A stretch of DNA of 64,000 bases from Zootoca vivipara (lineage: Eukaryota): assembly GCF_963506605.1 (NCBI RefSeq), contig NC_083281.1:17174001-17238000 (forward strand). Direction: 5' to 3'. Position numbers and translations under genes: made by a program. This document shows, one piece after another, positions 47,224 to 59,458 of the stretch. Positions within the stretch are counted from its first letter, which is position 1; every line of letters starts with the position of its first letter. The notes below the pieces were generated by a model that saw only the letters and a list, made by a program, of their open reading frames with translations, was not told the origin of the DNA and ran no database searches.

Positions 47224-48041
47224 CTAGTTGGCCCTGCCACGCGTTGCGGTGGCTCAGTTTGTTAAAGGGAGCCTCAGAGTCCCACTTCAGACTCCCCTCA
47301 CCTTCAGAGTCCCCGTTTTTCATGTGTTATGTTTACATAGGCGCATCCCTGTGTCTCCACCCACCCTGTTCTGTCACTCCTCCCCCCATCCCCCGGTTCA
47401 CCCCTGTGATTGGGCCCACCCTGTGACCTATTCGGCCCCCCTTCCCCCACCCACGCAGGCCCCTACCTCCACTTGGTCTAGTATGGTAAGTGGCCTAGTC
47501 TGCAAAGCCGAGGCGAGATACTGTGGAGAGGGCATGTTTCATCCCTGTGTCTCCCCCCACCCTGTTCTGACCCATTTCCTATTCCTGCCCCATATTCGCC
47601 CCCCACCCCCACCCCCAGGCAGGCCCCTACCTGCACTTGGCCTAGTCTGGAAAGCGGCCTAGTCTGCTGCGGCCTATTCAATCTGCTGGGCAATGTTGGC
47701 CTTGTTGCTGCCAAAGGCCTGTTTTCAGTTGGTTGCTGTGGAATTTTGTGATGTCATCTGGTGGTGCGGCTTTGGAGGTAGCAGCGTGCGACCTGTCTTT
47801 CTATTGGATGCTGCTGGAGTCTCCAGACCTTCTGCTGGTGATGTCTAATTTGGGCGCCCCTTTTTGTGTTTAATCATTATTTTACGTGCGAAAGGTGTTT
47901 TTGTTTTTTTTAACTTTACGCCAGATTCCTCCCTGATGGGGAAGGTACAATTTGTCCTAATCTGATGCAATTTGGTTCAGCGGTTACGGAGCAAGGCTGT
48001 GACCTCCGCACACACAGTGGGAACATTGATATATATATAGA
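47224..48041 (-). mobile_element. Non-autonomous Helitron, same family as 43459-44287
   Basis: 5' TC, 3' GCCAC..GTGGC hairpin and CTAG|T. Confidence 0.88.
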
Positions 48042-48228
48042 TAACCCACCCATCTGGCTGGGTTTCATGTTTTGAAAAGGCAGAACTGGAGGAAGAATAT
48101 TCACAGGGAAAACAGTAAACAATCTTCCATCCAAGGCTTGCTGTGGGAGTGTTAGCTTCCCAGGTGCTGCTGTTGAGCCCCATCGAAATATCAGAGCTTC
48201 TTCCCATAGAGAGATGTCTTGAATTTCA

Positions 48229-48384
<156 letters not shown>

Positions 48385-49259
48385 CTAAAAGAAAAAGAAA
48401 AAGGTTGTCCTCTCAGACAACATCAAGGTGAACTGTTACACTTTGCTCTGTTGTCTTCTGCCTCTTACTTGATGTTATGTTTTAATGGGATTCTTCTTCT
48501 GCACATTTCATGATGGACACATTCCCATTTGCCACATGGGAGGAATCCCTTTCTTCTTTCCCTGTGTGCTGTTCTTGCCGGGTGGGGAGGACCCTCCTGA
48601 TGCCCTATAGACAACTTCAAGGGTCGCAGGGGGGCAATGACAGGGGGATGAGAGGGGGAAAGCTCCATTGTGCGACTGATGGGGTGAATCCTGGCCAGTC
48701 TTTGGTATGGTGTATACCAATATATATCGACTACCTGGAGATGCGGGTGATTGAAGCTAGGACCTTTGGCATGCAAAGTAGATGCTGAAACAGTTCCAGC
48801 TTTTCCCATGCCTGCTGCAGTTGCTGTTTGAGCAGGTAATTTGGGACGGCAGCAGCAAGATGGATTGTTCGATCAGTTGAAGGTCAGACTGAGAACATGG
48901 CACTAAAAATATACCTTCAATGGTCACATGAGGCTGTTTTTAAGTTTTGTGCACCATTTTTAGTGCTACCTGGAACCTGGTGGAAATTTTTCAAGCTTTA
49001 GTTTCTTCGCAACTGGAGACTAACCATCAACTGCAATTTCCCTAAAACCAAATTCCAGAGTGCACTAGGACTGGCTGAACACGAAAGTCTACTTGCAGTT
49101 GCTTAGCATGTTGGACAAAGAGACCTGGGTTTGTTTCAGCGTGCAAACTGGGTGATCTTGGGCTAACCAAATGCCTAGTCACGGGACCCTTGTACAGATA
49201 ACCTGGGAAAACTGTATCACTTTAAGCTCTTTAGAGGAAGAGCAGGTTGAAAAGTGGTT

Positions 49260-49474
49260 AAAGGGTAAAGGTAAAAGGACCCCTGACCATTAAGTCCAGT
49301 CAGGGACAACTCTGGGGTTGCAGCGCTCATCTCGCTTTACTGGCCGAGGGAGCTGGCGTTTGTCTGCAGACAGCTTCTGGGTCATGTGGCCAGCATGACT
49401 AAGCTGCTTCTGGCGAACCAGAGCAGCGCACGGAAACACTGTTTGCCTTCCCGCCAGAGCAGTTCCTATTTATC
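49260..49474 (-). mobile_element. Sauria SINE 3' half
   Basis: Reverse complement of about 40160-40360 (ggtaaaggtaaa tail). Confidence 0.85.
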
Positions 49475-49712
49475 TCCGCAGGACCTTACATATGAGTATG
49501 ACCCCTGTTCTGCAGAGTACACGCAAGTACTAGTTATAAAACTGAAGAAGCATTAACCGAAACAGATGATTACCCTGGATCACAGTCTGGTTTATGGTTA
49601 ACTACAGATTAAAACAGTTATATTTTGCCCAAGAACTGGTCGACGTGTTGCCTCCTTTTCTCAGCATTTTGATTTTAAACTTGTGAGCCTGAGGGAAGCA
49701 ATCATATTAGTT

Positions 49713-49848
49713 CAGGCATCCCCAAACTTCCGCCCTCCAGATGTTTTGGACTACAATTCCCATCTTCCCCGACCACTGGTCCTGTTAACTAGGGATCATG
49801 GGAGTTGTAGGCCAAAACATCTGGAGGGCCGCAGTTTGGGGATGCCTG
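49713..49848. mobile_element. hAT MITE (family of 3996-4131); flanks show no TSD
   Basis: Near-identical to 3996-4131. Confidence 0.88.
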
Positions 49849-50500
49849 CTCTATGTCAATACCAACTGCAGATCACGTCCTAATGCATGAATAAAAAAAC
49901 TTACAGAATAAAATGTTTTATTGGTGTTCAACAAGCCATCTCTTTTGTCCCCATTCAAGTATTTCCCTCAACCACCTTTGCTCAGAGCACACAAGCAGTG
50001 TCTCAGATATCTCAGTGAAGGACATGCATCTGATGTGCAGATCTGAGACAGCTACCACCACGTATGCTCAGGAGTTTGCTAACACAGCTGTTGCAGATTT
50101 AGCTGTGGCTAGTGGCTCGACACAGGTCTTGGAATCCAGTCTTGAAAGGGGTACAGGGTTTGTCCTCAAAGGACGGAAAACCACGTCCAAAGGATGTAAG
50201 GGTAGACACTGTTTCCTTGGAGAACCACGTCCAAAGGCCATGTGTGCCAACACTGTTTCCTCAGAGAGGAATGAGGCTAGGGGTCGAGTCCCAACGAAGC
50301 CAGGTGTGAAACTGATAGTCAGGAGAGCTATGACGCCAAGACTAGTCGGTAGTGCAAGATGGTAAAGCCCAAGGCTAATCCAGTTGCAGGTAGTTCCAAG
50401 GGTGGAACGGGTGATACAGGGGTATACTGTGGGTATGACACCTGTATGGTTGTTGCAGTTACACTGATGACTACAACACAGTACATGAATCGGGGGAGGA

Positions 50501-50865
50501 TGTTAGAATTCCTGCTCCGTGTTTGCAGGTCATGAGATTGTCTATCATATGATGGTGTATGTTTTCATTTCACAGTGTGGGAAGTGACGGAGACAGGATG
50601 TTTTGTTCTTTCTCTTTGCTGTCTGATGAGAAAGAGGAAGGAGCTAAGTCAGAATGCTCCGAGTGTATTATATGTAAATACAGATTAGCCAAAATGCCGT
50701 GCTAATGAGTTCTGTTACGCAAACGGCAAATACTCTGCAGGTATCAGTCACTGTGATGTTGAAAAAAGCTCTTGAAGCTCCCCAACGATCAACCAGGAGG
50801 GAGAGAACATGCCAGTCGGGGCATGTGTCTCTACCAGGGTCCTACACGAGAGGACGATCCTAACA
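50501..50865. mobile_element. Solo LTR-like element
   Basis: TGTTAGAAT...ATCCTAACA termini; flanks gagga/cacgg do not match. Confidence 0.6.
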
Positions 50866-51750
50866 CACGGTCGGCAACCAGGGATGATGGGAATTGTAGT
50901 CTTGAAGGCATACTGAAGGTGGAGACCAAAGGTAGCCATTTCTCCAGGATTGTTCTGTTGATCTGTAGGACTTTGTTCTCGTCTGACCTACACTTAAATA
51001 GCTGACGCTTTCACAAGACCACATTCTCAGCATCTCCTCCAGCTTTCCCCACCCCAGGTTATTCTTCTTCCATTTACAACGGCCTAATAAATAAAAACAA
51101 AAACATACAACAGGCTGTTTTTGGTTCTCAGCTTCCTGAAGATTAAATCAACACTTTTTTTTTATATATAAAAAAGGTTTTTTTTGTATTGTACAGACCT
51201 TGTAAGTCACTTTGAGACTTTGTGGAGAAAGTAATGGAAAAATAATTGAGGGAGGGAAAACAATAAAAAGCAGGACCTCAATCATTCCAGTGGTAAAAAT
51301 AAATAAATGAGACCCCTATGAAAAGACTTCAAACTAGTCACTGCACAAACATTGAAATTATGAGAATATGCAAGTACCAACTTGAACAAGCCCAAGTGTG
51401 CTGTTTATAACACTTGCATAAGTAAGGATGAAAACGTAATATTAACAGTAAGACTCAGAATACCTGTGGCTCCCATAGGTTCTTCCAACCAGGAACCATA
51501 CGCTTAGGCTTATTAACACAATTATGACATAAAACTCTGGTGCGTATGCCTCTTACAAAGCCATTAAGTGCCTCAATTTTTCACACCCCCTCATGCCATA
51601 GTATCAGAAAACTCAAAAAAGAGCAAGGCAAAAATTGAAAAAAAAGAGCCCTGCCAATCCAGCATCCTGTTCTCCAAGTGGCCAGCCAGACCCTCCAATA
51701 GGAAGCCTACAAGATATAATAAGGGTTTATGAACGAAGCAGCAAACAAGC

Positions 51751-51882
51751 ACATGCCTCCTGCATGGTTTATCTCCTCAGTCACTGCCCGAAGACTCAGA
51801 GTAGCAGTAGGAATATGCCGGTTGCAGACCATCGGCGTGGAAGAGGACTATACACGCAACCTCAACAGATATCCCCGTTGGG
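51751..51882 (-). ncRNA. SNORA73: U17/E1 (SNORA73, snR30 family) snoRNA-like sequence, shortened and lacking H and ACA boxes
   Basis: Minus strand CCAACGGGGATA...AGTCCTCTTCCAC...GC-ATATTCCTA (m1, 51808-51816)...GAGTC...TGACTGAGGAGAT-AAACCAT (m2, 51764-51770)-GCAGGA, colinear with vertebrate U17 as recalled. Confidence 0.8.
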
Positions 51883-52102
51883 TTGACAGCAGCATGAACG
51901 GCAAGTGCATTTGTAGAAAGCTGCCTAATCTCTAGGCCAGCATGACCAATGGCCTGGAATTATGGGCACTGTAGTCCAACATGGCTGATGCCCTTTCAGA
52001 ACTGCTTATACCCAGACAGCATTTTATATTTCAATGAACTTTTAGTCTAAACTTAAGAGTACAGCATTATTTTCACAGTGGAGTTTATAAAGACAACAGT
52101 AG

Positions 52103-52192
52103 CATAGCTGCCAAGTTATCCCTTTTTTTAAGGGATTTTCCCTTATGCTGAATAGGCTTCCTCGCGAGAAAAGGGAAAACTTGGCAGCTATG
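52103..52192. mobile_element. 90-bp hAT (Blackjack-type) MITE
   Basis: 15-bp TIR catagctgccaagtt; TSD aacagtag/aacagtgg. Confidence 0.85.
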
Positions 52193-52842
52193 AACAGTGG
52201 TCTTAATGACACACACATACACCCCGGCCCGCAAAAGGCAAATAGGAAAAAGTAATTATTCTCATGAATACCTTGAGATTCAAAACTGCTGTACATACCC
52301 ATTTCAGGATTATATGGCCATTCCAACAGCATGCAATGGACTTTCAAGCATACTACAATGGGAAGAACAAAATTGTACAATAGTTAAGACAATGTATTCC
52401 TGGGCTGGTCACACATTGAGTGTGTGTCTGTGTCATTTCTTCCCTCTCCCCCCCCCCCCAATTTCTAGGGAGTTTAAAGAAAATTCATGATTGGCCCACA
52501 GCACTTTTGTCGTCGATCCTCTTGGAACGACTTGGTTACTGACCCCCGCCTATTAAATTCTATTTATATAAGCAATATATATACAGGCACGATATTCTAA
52601 ATTTGAACGCAAGAGCTTTTATTTTATTTTGCAGCGAGAGGAGGTAGCATTAGAAAGCTTAGCTGCTTGTGCCGCCAGAGTTTTTTGCTGCTGTTATTGT
52701 GGGGGGGGGGGAGATGTTGATTTCTATGAATTGCATGTCTTTTTAGAATAACATTTTTTTACTTAAGCTCTTTAAGATATTGCTAGGCGGCCTGGAAACC
52801 TGTGTGTAACAGGCTACTTATAAGTTCAATAACTAATAATAG

Positions 52843-53037
52843 AAGGGGCTCAGCTCAGTGGTAGATTATCTGTTTTGCACGCAGAAGGTTCCAGGTTCAA
52901 GCCTCAGCATCTCCAGGTAGGGCTGGTAATGTCCACTGCCTGAATCCATGGGGAGCCACTGCCAGTCTGTGTAGACAACACTGAGCTCGATGGACCAACG
53001 GTCTTAACTCAGTATAAGGCAGCTTCCCCTGTTCCTA
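52843..53037 (+). mobile_element. Squam3-like tRNA-derived SINE
   Basis: agctcagtggtaga...ccaggttcaagcc head; gccagtctgtgtagacaacactgagc...tataaggcagcttcc tail. Confidence 0.8.
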
Positions 53038-53083
53038 AGTAAATTATGTTTATAAGTGGAGACAATTGATGTGCTCCTTAACA

Positions 53084-55606
53084 TAAGATTACCAGATTTT
53101 TTTTCAATGAATCCGGGGGCACTTTTCAACTTCAGCCGGAATGATAGCTTGATAGGAAGTTTGCCTTTATTACTAAGGTAATACATTAAAACAACCACAT
53201 TAATGAAATTGAAGAGTTACCTTTGTTCTTAACTAGTTGTATTGTTCCGAAGAGTGCACCTTGCTGAGAAGATCTCGTCTTGACTCCAGTTTTGTTGCAA
53301 ATTCTTGGCAATCCATGGCAAAGTTACTCTGGACCACTAACATAGCTTTGATAGTGTCAATATCAAGTCTTGATCTCTGAGATGTCCACATCATGTTCAT
53401 GGAAGAAAACACTCTCTCCACTGCAGCATTGCTTCCTGGTAGACAGAGACAGAGTTGAACCAACCTTTGCAGCTGTGGAAAGGGCATCATCTTCTGACAG
53501 AAGAATGAGAAAATGTCGCTCCATCTTGAACACACATCAGCCCCATCTTCATTCCATTTAGTTATCTTTTCTTTTGATACATATTCTTTCAAAGAAGAAA
53601 TTTCATCAAATAAATGATCTTCACTTAGATCAACTCCTTCGACTCTTGATGAAAAATATTGGAGACACTCTTCAAAGTTTTCTCTCTGTGGAGAAGTCCT
53701 AAGCAAAATACACTCCATACACCTAATATCTTCCGAGTGGGAGCTCCAAGCATTTAGGTATTCAATAGCAGTAGTGTAGAAGTCTCTTGATATGGTGAGA
53801 AATTCTTCCTGCGTGCAGGAACCTTCTTCTTCAAGAGATGGCAAAAGTTTCCTCACTGAGAGGGGAATAAACTTGTCATCATTCCTAGCCTGAAGTTTCT
53901 GAATCAAACTGTTGAGAATCATGCAAGATTCCACTGCTGTTACTGCCTCTCCTTCGGCTTGGAGTATAGAATCACGGAAAAGTGGCAGAGTTGAGGCAAC
54001 AAAATTCATCCATAAATAGGTGCAAGGATCACTGAACCACTTTTTCAGCATGGCTGGACATTTCTCCTCAGACAGAAAGAAGGATTTCAAGGCAGCATAT
54101 ATTTCACAGATCCTTCTGATGGCTGGTAGCAGCGAAAGCCATCTGACATTACTATAGCTAAGAATATTCTTGTATTCCTGTCCTACAAACTCGCAAAACT
54201 CTTTTAGAGGTTCTACTCTCACTGCAAATATGTGAAAATAACCAAAAATCTTTACTACAAGCCCTTCAACATCAACAGGGATTGAATTTATTGCAGAATG
54301 CGCACTGTTATGTATCATATGAGCATTACATCCCAAGCCGAGGATATTCTTTCCCAAACCTTCCTTCATTTTGGTGAGGACATCGTTTGATCCTTTCCTC
54401 TTCAGACCACCAAAGTTAGTGTTTGTATTGTCTGCTGAAACCGCTACCACTTTACGCTCCAAACCAAGATCCTTGATTGTTTGAAATGAAGCTGTGTATA
54501 TTATTTCAGCTGTTTCCCCTGCAATTTGAACAAAGTCCACAACTTTATTACGGATGGATACAGCTTTCTCAGCATTCACATGTACGTAGCGAACAATAAT
54601 TGGTAGTAATTTTGTATTACAATGATTTGAAGCATCTAGAAGTATAGTTACAAAAGAAGCACGACTGCTTTCTTCTACAGCTTCAGCAATCGCCCAGGGA
54701 GCAATCACGTGTTTGACAATGGCTTCAACTTTTGTTCTGGAACACATGAATTTCTTAATCAAGCTGGAAGGGCAGTCCATAGACTTGAAACTGTGGTTAT
54801 GCCTCACGGTATGAAATGCGAAAGTTCCTTCTTGAAGGGCAATGTTTATTTCACTTTGATACGGCACAATTGTCTTCAAGTATGCTGATACCTTCTTTGT
54901 GTTTCTACTTTCCCGAATCAAGGAGCTTTTGTGTCTTTTAGTTGCAACATGTTCAACGACTGAGGTCCGCCCGCCACTTCCAACAGTAAAAGTTACTTCA
55001 CATAGTGAACAAAATGCAGAATGTTCCTTCACGCCTCTTCTGATAAATGGAAAATCCTTTAGTATCAAATCAGTAACCACACATTTTCGTTTCTTCGACG
55101 TCTTATTAGCTTCAATAACTACAATATAAATTACAAAAAGTACACGTGGATGTTAAAAGACTGCCGATACTGCTAAAAACGAACACTCAACACTGGAAAA
55201 AGCAACAGAATGAAAGAGGAAGAGGAAAACGGAAGTGAGATGTGAAAACATGTGCGAGTTGGCAGAGAGCCAATCACATTTCGAGAGAAAACCATGTGAT
55301 AGCAGCTAGCCAATCACACTTTGATATACATATTGATATGTCTTGTGCTGTTGAAGCAATCACACAACATTCATTCCGTACTAATTCCAAAGAGAAGGAA
55401 ACTCAAGAATGAGTTGTTTCCTTCCAAAGAGAATGCCATGTAGGAGTAATTTACAGTTACTGTATCTTATAAATCTAGAACACTCAAAATATAAATTCGG
55501 GGACATTAAATTAAACCCAGGGACATTCCAGGGACGGATTTTGTCAGGGGACTGATTTGTAAATCTGGGGGCTGTCCCTGGGAAACGGGGACGTCTGGTA
55601 ACCTTA
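53084..55606 (-). mobile_element. Full-length hAT (Blackjack-type) DNA transposon
   Basis: TIRs taagattaccaga (53084) / tctggtaacctta (55606); TSD ccttaaca/ccataaca; subterminal GGGAC repeats; internal transposase. Confidence 0.92.
53233..55101 (-). CDS. hAT transposase (BED finger, DDE, C-terminal dimerisation domain); probable start codon is ACG
   Basis: CSLC..H..H, LLDAS, SADNTNTN, CNAH, RWLS, SNAAVERVFS. The frame upstream of the listed ORF reads (ACG)SKKRKCV. Confidence 0.9.
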   Translation of the reverse strand, partial: TSKKRKCVVTDLILKDFPFIRRGVKEHSAFCSLCEVTFTVGSGGRTSVVEHVATKRHKSSLIRESRNTKKVSAYLKTIVPYQSEINIALQEGTFAFHTVRHNHSFKSMDCPSSLIKKFMCSRTKVEAIVKHVIAPWAIAEAVEESSRASFVTILLDASNHCNTKLLPIIVRYVHVNAEKAVSIRNKVVDFVQIAGETAEIIYTASFQTIKDLGLERKVVAVSADNTNTNFGGLKRKGSNDVLTKMKEGLGKNILGLGCNAHMIHNSAHSAINSIPVDVEGLVVKIFGYFHIFAVRVEPLKEFCEFVGQEYKNILSYSNVRWLSLLPAIRRICEIYAALKSFFLSEEKCPAMLKKWFSDPCTYLWMNFVASTLPLFRDSILQAEGEAVTAVESCMILNSLIQKLQARNDDKFIPLSVRKLLPSLEEEGSCTQEEFLTISRDFYTTAIEYLNAWSSHSEDIRCMECILLRTSPQRENFEECLQYFSSRVEGVDLSEDHLFDEISSLKEYVSKEKITKWNEDGADVCSRWSDIFSFFCQKMMPFPQLQRLVQLCLCLPGSNAAVERVFSSMNMMWTSQRSRLDIDTIKAMLVVQSNFAMDCQEFATKLESRRDLLSKVHSSEQYN

Positions 55607-55684
55607 CCATAACAGAGAAAGGTTTCAATAGACTAAAGAAAAACCTTCTCCCTTGGACATAACTGGAAAGGAGGCTGTGTAAAC

Positions 55685-55818
55685 CAGGGGTCAGCAAACT
55701 TTTTCAGCAGGGGGGCGGTCCACTGTGCCTCAAACCTTGTGGGGGGCCGGACCAGTGGTTGGGGAAGATGGGAATTGTAGTCCAAAACATCTGGAGGGCC
55801 GAAGTTTGGGGATGCCTG
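55685..55818. mobile_element. hAT MITE with dissimilar ends
   Basis: Left caggggtcagcaaact, right agtttggggatgcctg; flanks gtgtaaac/ttctaaac. Confidence 0.7.
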
Positions 55819-55887
55819 TTCTAAACACACACACACACGCTCAAAGAATTATGGGCACTGTAGTTCACCCCTCATACCGTAGCTACC

Positions 55888-58800
55888 CCCCTTCATGGAT
55901 CAATGCCTTGTCGTGGCGAAGGGGCTTGAATAACTCAGAGAAGCTATGAGCTATGCCATGCAGGGCCACCCAAGATGGACAGGTCATAGTGGAGAGTTTT
56001 GACTAAACGTGATCCACCTGGAGAAGGAACTGGCAAGCCACTCCAGTATCCCTGCCAAGAAAACTCCATGGACAAAGACAACAGGCATATAAAAGTTATG
56101 ACGCTGGAAGATGAGCCCCTCAGGTCAGAAGGCGTCCAACATGCTACTGAGGAAGAGCGGAGGACAAGTACAAGTAGATTCAGAGCTGATGAAGCGGCTG
56201 GGCCAAAGCCGAAAGGATGCTCAGTTGCGGATATGCCTGGAAGCGAAAGGAAAGTCCGATGCTGTAAAGAAAAATATTGCATAGGAACCTGGAATGTAAG
56301 AACCATGAATGGAGGTAAGCTGGATGTGGTCAAAAATGAGATGACAAGAATAAATATTGACATCCTGGGCATCAGTGAACTAAAATGGAAGGGAATGGGC
56401 GAATTCAGTTCGGGTGACTATCATATCTACTACTATGGGCAAGAATTCTGTAGTAGAAATGGAGTGGCCCTCATAGTCAACAAAAGAGTGGCAAAAGCTG
56501 TAATGGGATGCAATCTCAAAAATGACAGAATGATCTCGATACGAATCCAAGGCAGACCTTTTAACATCACGGTAATCCAAGTTTATGCACCAACTACCGG
56601 TGCTGAAGAAAGTGAAATTGACCAATTCTATGAAGACCTACAACACCTTCTAGAAATGACACCAAAGAAGGATGTTCTTCTCATTACAGGGGATTGGAAT
56701 GCTAAAGTAGGAAAACAAGAGATAAAAGGAACAACTGGCAAGTTTGGCCTTGGAGTTCAAAATGAAGCAGGGCAAAGGCTAATAGAGTTCTGTCAAGAGA
56801 ACAAGCTGGTCATCACAAACACTCTCTTCCAACAACACAAGAGACGACTCTACACATGGATATCACCAAATGGGCAGCATCGAAATCAGATTGATTATAT
56901 TCTCTGCAGCCAAAGATGGAGAAGCTCTATACAGTCAGCAAAAACAAGACCTGGAGCTGACTGTAACTCAGATCATCAGCTTCTTATAGCAAAATTCCAG
57001 CTTAAACTGAAGAAAGTAGGAAAAACCACTGGGCCAGTAAGATACAATCTGAATCAAATCCCTTATGAATACACAGTGGAAGTGAGGAACAGGTTTAAGG
57101 ATTTAGATTTGGTGGACAGAGTGCCTGAAGAACTATGGATGGAGGCTCGTAACATTATACAGGAGGCAGCAACGAAAACCATCCCAAGGAAAAGGAAATG
57201 CAAGAAAGCAAAATGGCTGTCCAACGAGGCCTTACAAATAGCGGAGGAGAGGAGGCAAGCAAAATGCAAGGGAGATAGAGAAAGATACAGGAAACTGAAT
57301 GCAGATTTCCAAAAAACAGCAAGGAGAGACAAGAGGGTCTTCTTAAATGAGCAATGCAAAGAAATAGAGGAAAACAATAGAATGGGGAAAACCAGAGATC
57401 TGTTCAAGAAAATTGGAGATATGAAAGGAACATTTCGTACAAAGATTACCATAATCAAGGACAAAAGTGGTAAGGACCTAACAGAAGCAGAAGACATCAA
57501 GAAGAGGTGGCAGGAATACACAGAGGAATTATACCAGAAAGATATGGAGGTCTCGTACACCCCAGGTAGTGTGGTTGCTGACCTTGAGCCAGACATCTTG
57601 GAGAGTGAAGTCAAATGGGCCTTAGAAAGCACTGCTAATAACAAGGCCAGTGGAAGTGATGATATTCCAGCTGAACTATTTAAAATTTTAAAAGATGATG
57701 CTGTTAAGGTGCTACACCCAATATGCCAGCAAGTTTGGAAAACTCAGCAATGGCCAGAGGATTGGAGAAGATCAGTCTACATTCCAATTCCAAAGAATGG
57801 CAGTGCCAAAGAATGCTCCAACTACCGCACAATTGCGCTCATTTCACACGCTAGCAAGGTTATGCTTAAAATTCTACAAGGCAGGCTTAGGCAGTATGTG
57901 GACCGAGAACTCCCAGAAGTTCATCTGTCTCCTGAGAAATCTCTATGTGGGACAAGAAGCTACAGTTAGAACTGGATATGGAACAACTGATTGGTTCAAA
58001 ATTGGGAAAGGAGTACGACAAGGTTGCATATTGTCTCCCTGCTTATTTAACTTATATGCAGAATTCATCATGCGAAAGGCTGGACTAGATGAATCCCAAG
58101 CCGGAATTAAGATTGCCGGAAGAAATATCAACAACCTCAGATATGCAGATGACACAACCTTGATGGCAGAAAGCGAGGAGGAATTAAAGAACCTTTTAAT
58201 GAGGGTGAAAGAGGAGAGCGCAAAATATGGTCTGAAGCTCAACATCAAAAAAACCAAGATCATGGCCACTGGTCCCATCACCTCCTGGCAAATAGAAGGG
58301 GAAGAAATGGAGGCAGTGAGAGATTTTACTTTCTTGGGCTCCTTGATCACTGCAGATGGTGACAGCAGTCACGAAATTAAAAGACGCCTGCTTCTTGGGA
58401 GAAAAGCAATGACAAACCTAGACAGCATCTTAAAAAGCAGAGACATCACCTTGCCGACAAAGGTCCGTATAGTTAAAGCTATGGTTTTCCCAGTAGTGAT
58501 GTATGGAAGTGAGAGCTGGACCATAAAGAAGGCTGATCGCCGAAGAATTGATGCTTTTGAATTATGGTGCTGGAGGAGACTCTTGAGAGTCCCATGGACT
58601 GCAAGAAGATCAAACCTATCCATTCTTAAGGAAATCAGCCCTGAGTGCTCCCTGGAAGGACAGATCGTGAAGCTGAGGCTCCAATACTTTGGCCACCTCA
58701 TGAGAAGAGAAGAATCCTTGGAAAAGACCCTGATGTTGGGAAAGATTGAGGGCACTAGGAGAAGGGGACGACAGAGGATGAGATGGTTGGACAGTGTTCT

Positions 58801-58927
58801 CGAAGCTACGAACATGAGTTTGACCAAACTGCGGGAGGCAGTGCAAGACAGGAGTGCCTGGCGTGCTATGGTCCATGGGGTCACGAAGAGTCGGACACGA
58901 CTAAACGACTAAACAACAACAACAACA
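55888..58927 (+). mobile_element. RTE-BovB LINE, full span, with an internal RT deletion and frameshift near 57921
   Basis: APE (GTWNVRT, GDWNA, DYIL, SDH) and RT (GVRQGCILSP, YADD); (CAA)n tail; 12-bp TSD accgtagctacc. Confidence 0.96.
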
Positions 58928-59042
58928 ACCGTAGCTACCAGTAACCACTAAACTACAGTGCTACAGGAAAGCATGTGCTTCAAATGTGCTTTACATAACT
59001 TAAAAACACATTTGAAGCATGAAACATATGCTTTCCTGAGGG

Positions 59043-59358
59043 CCCCAGTCCTGCCACTCAGCACCTGGCCCAGGGCGGGGCCTGATGGGCTCTCTTTTGT
59101 TTTGTTTTTGGTTTAAATTGCTGCTATTTTTTACCTATGTCATTTTAATCCGTGATATTAATGCTGTATTCTTAGTTTTAGATTTTGATTTATATGGAAA
59201 TTGTTTTCCATTTGGTTGTGAATTTTTTTATGTGGTTTTTTTATTGTTTATGACTTTTGCAATTATGTAAATCTTGTCATGTTGTAAGCAGCCTTGAGCA
59301 TTGTTTTTAACTGTGGAAAGGCGGCATACAAATAAAAAATGATGATGATGATGATGAT
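59043..59358 (+). mobile_element. Probable L2-type 3' UTR fragment with (GAT)n tail
   Basis: T-rich body, tgtaagcagccttgag..gcggcatacaaataaa and a microsatellite tail. Confidence 0.55.
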
Positions 59359-59458
59359 GTAGCACTGTAGTTTAGCTGTCACTGGTAACTACAGTCCAAG
59401 AATAACATCTGCAGATATTCCATTTGTATAAATTTATGCTGTTCCTATCTTTGAAAGT

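Noticed and set aside
49913-50365. 150-aa ORF or endogenous viral gene
   Set aside because: No recognisable motif in the frames I translated.
57063-58884. Minus-strand ORFs of 135-193 aa
   Set aside because: Antisense frames of the BovB ORF.
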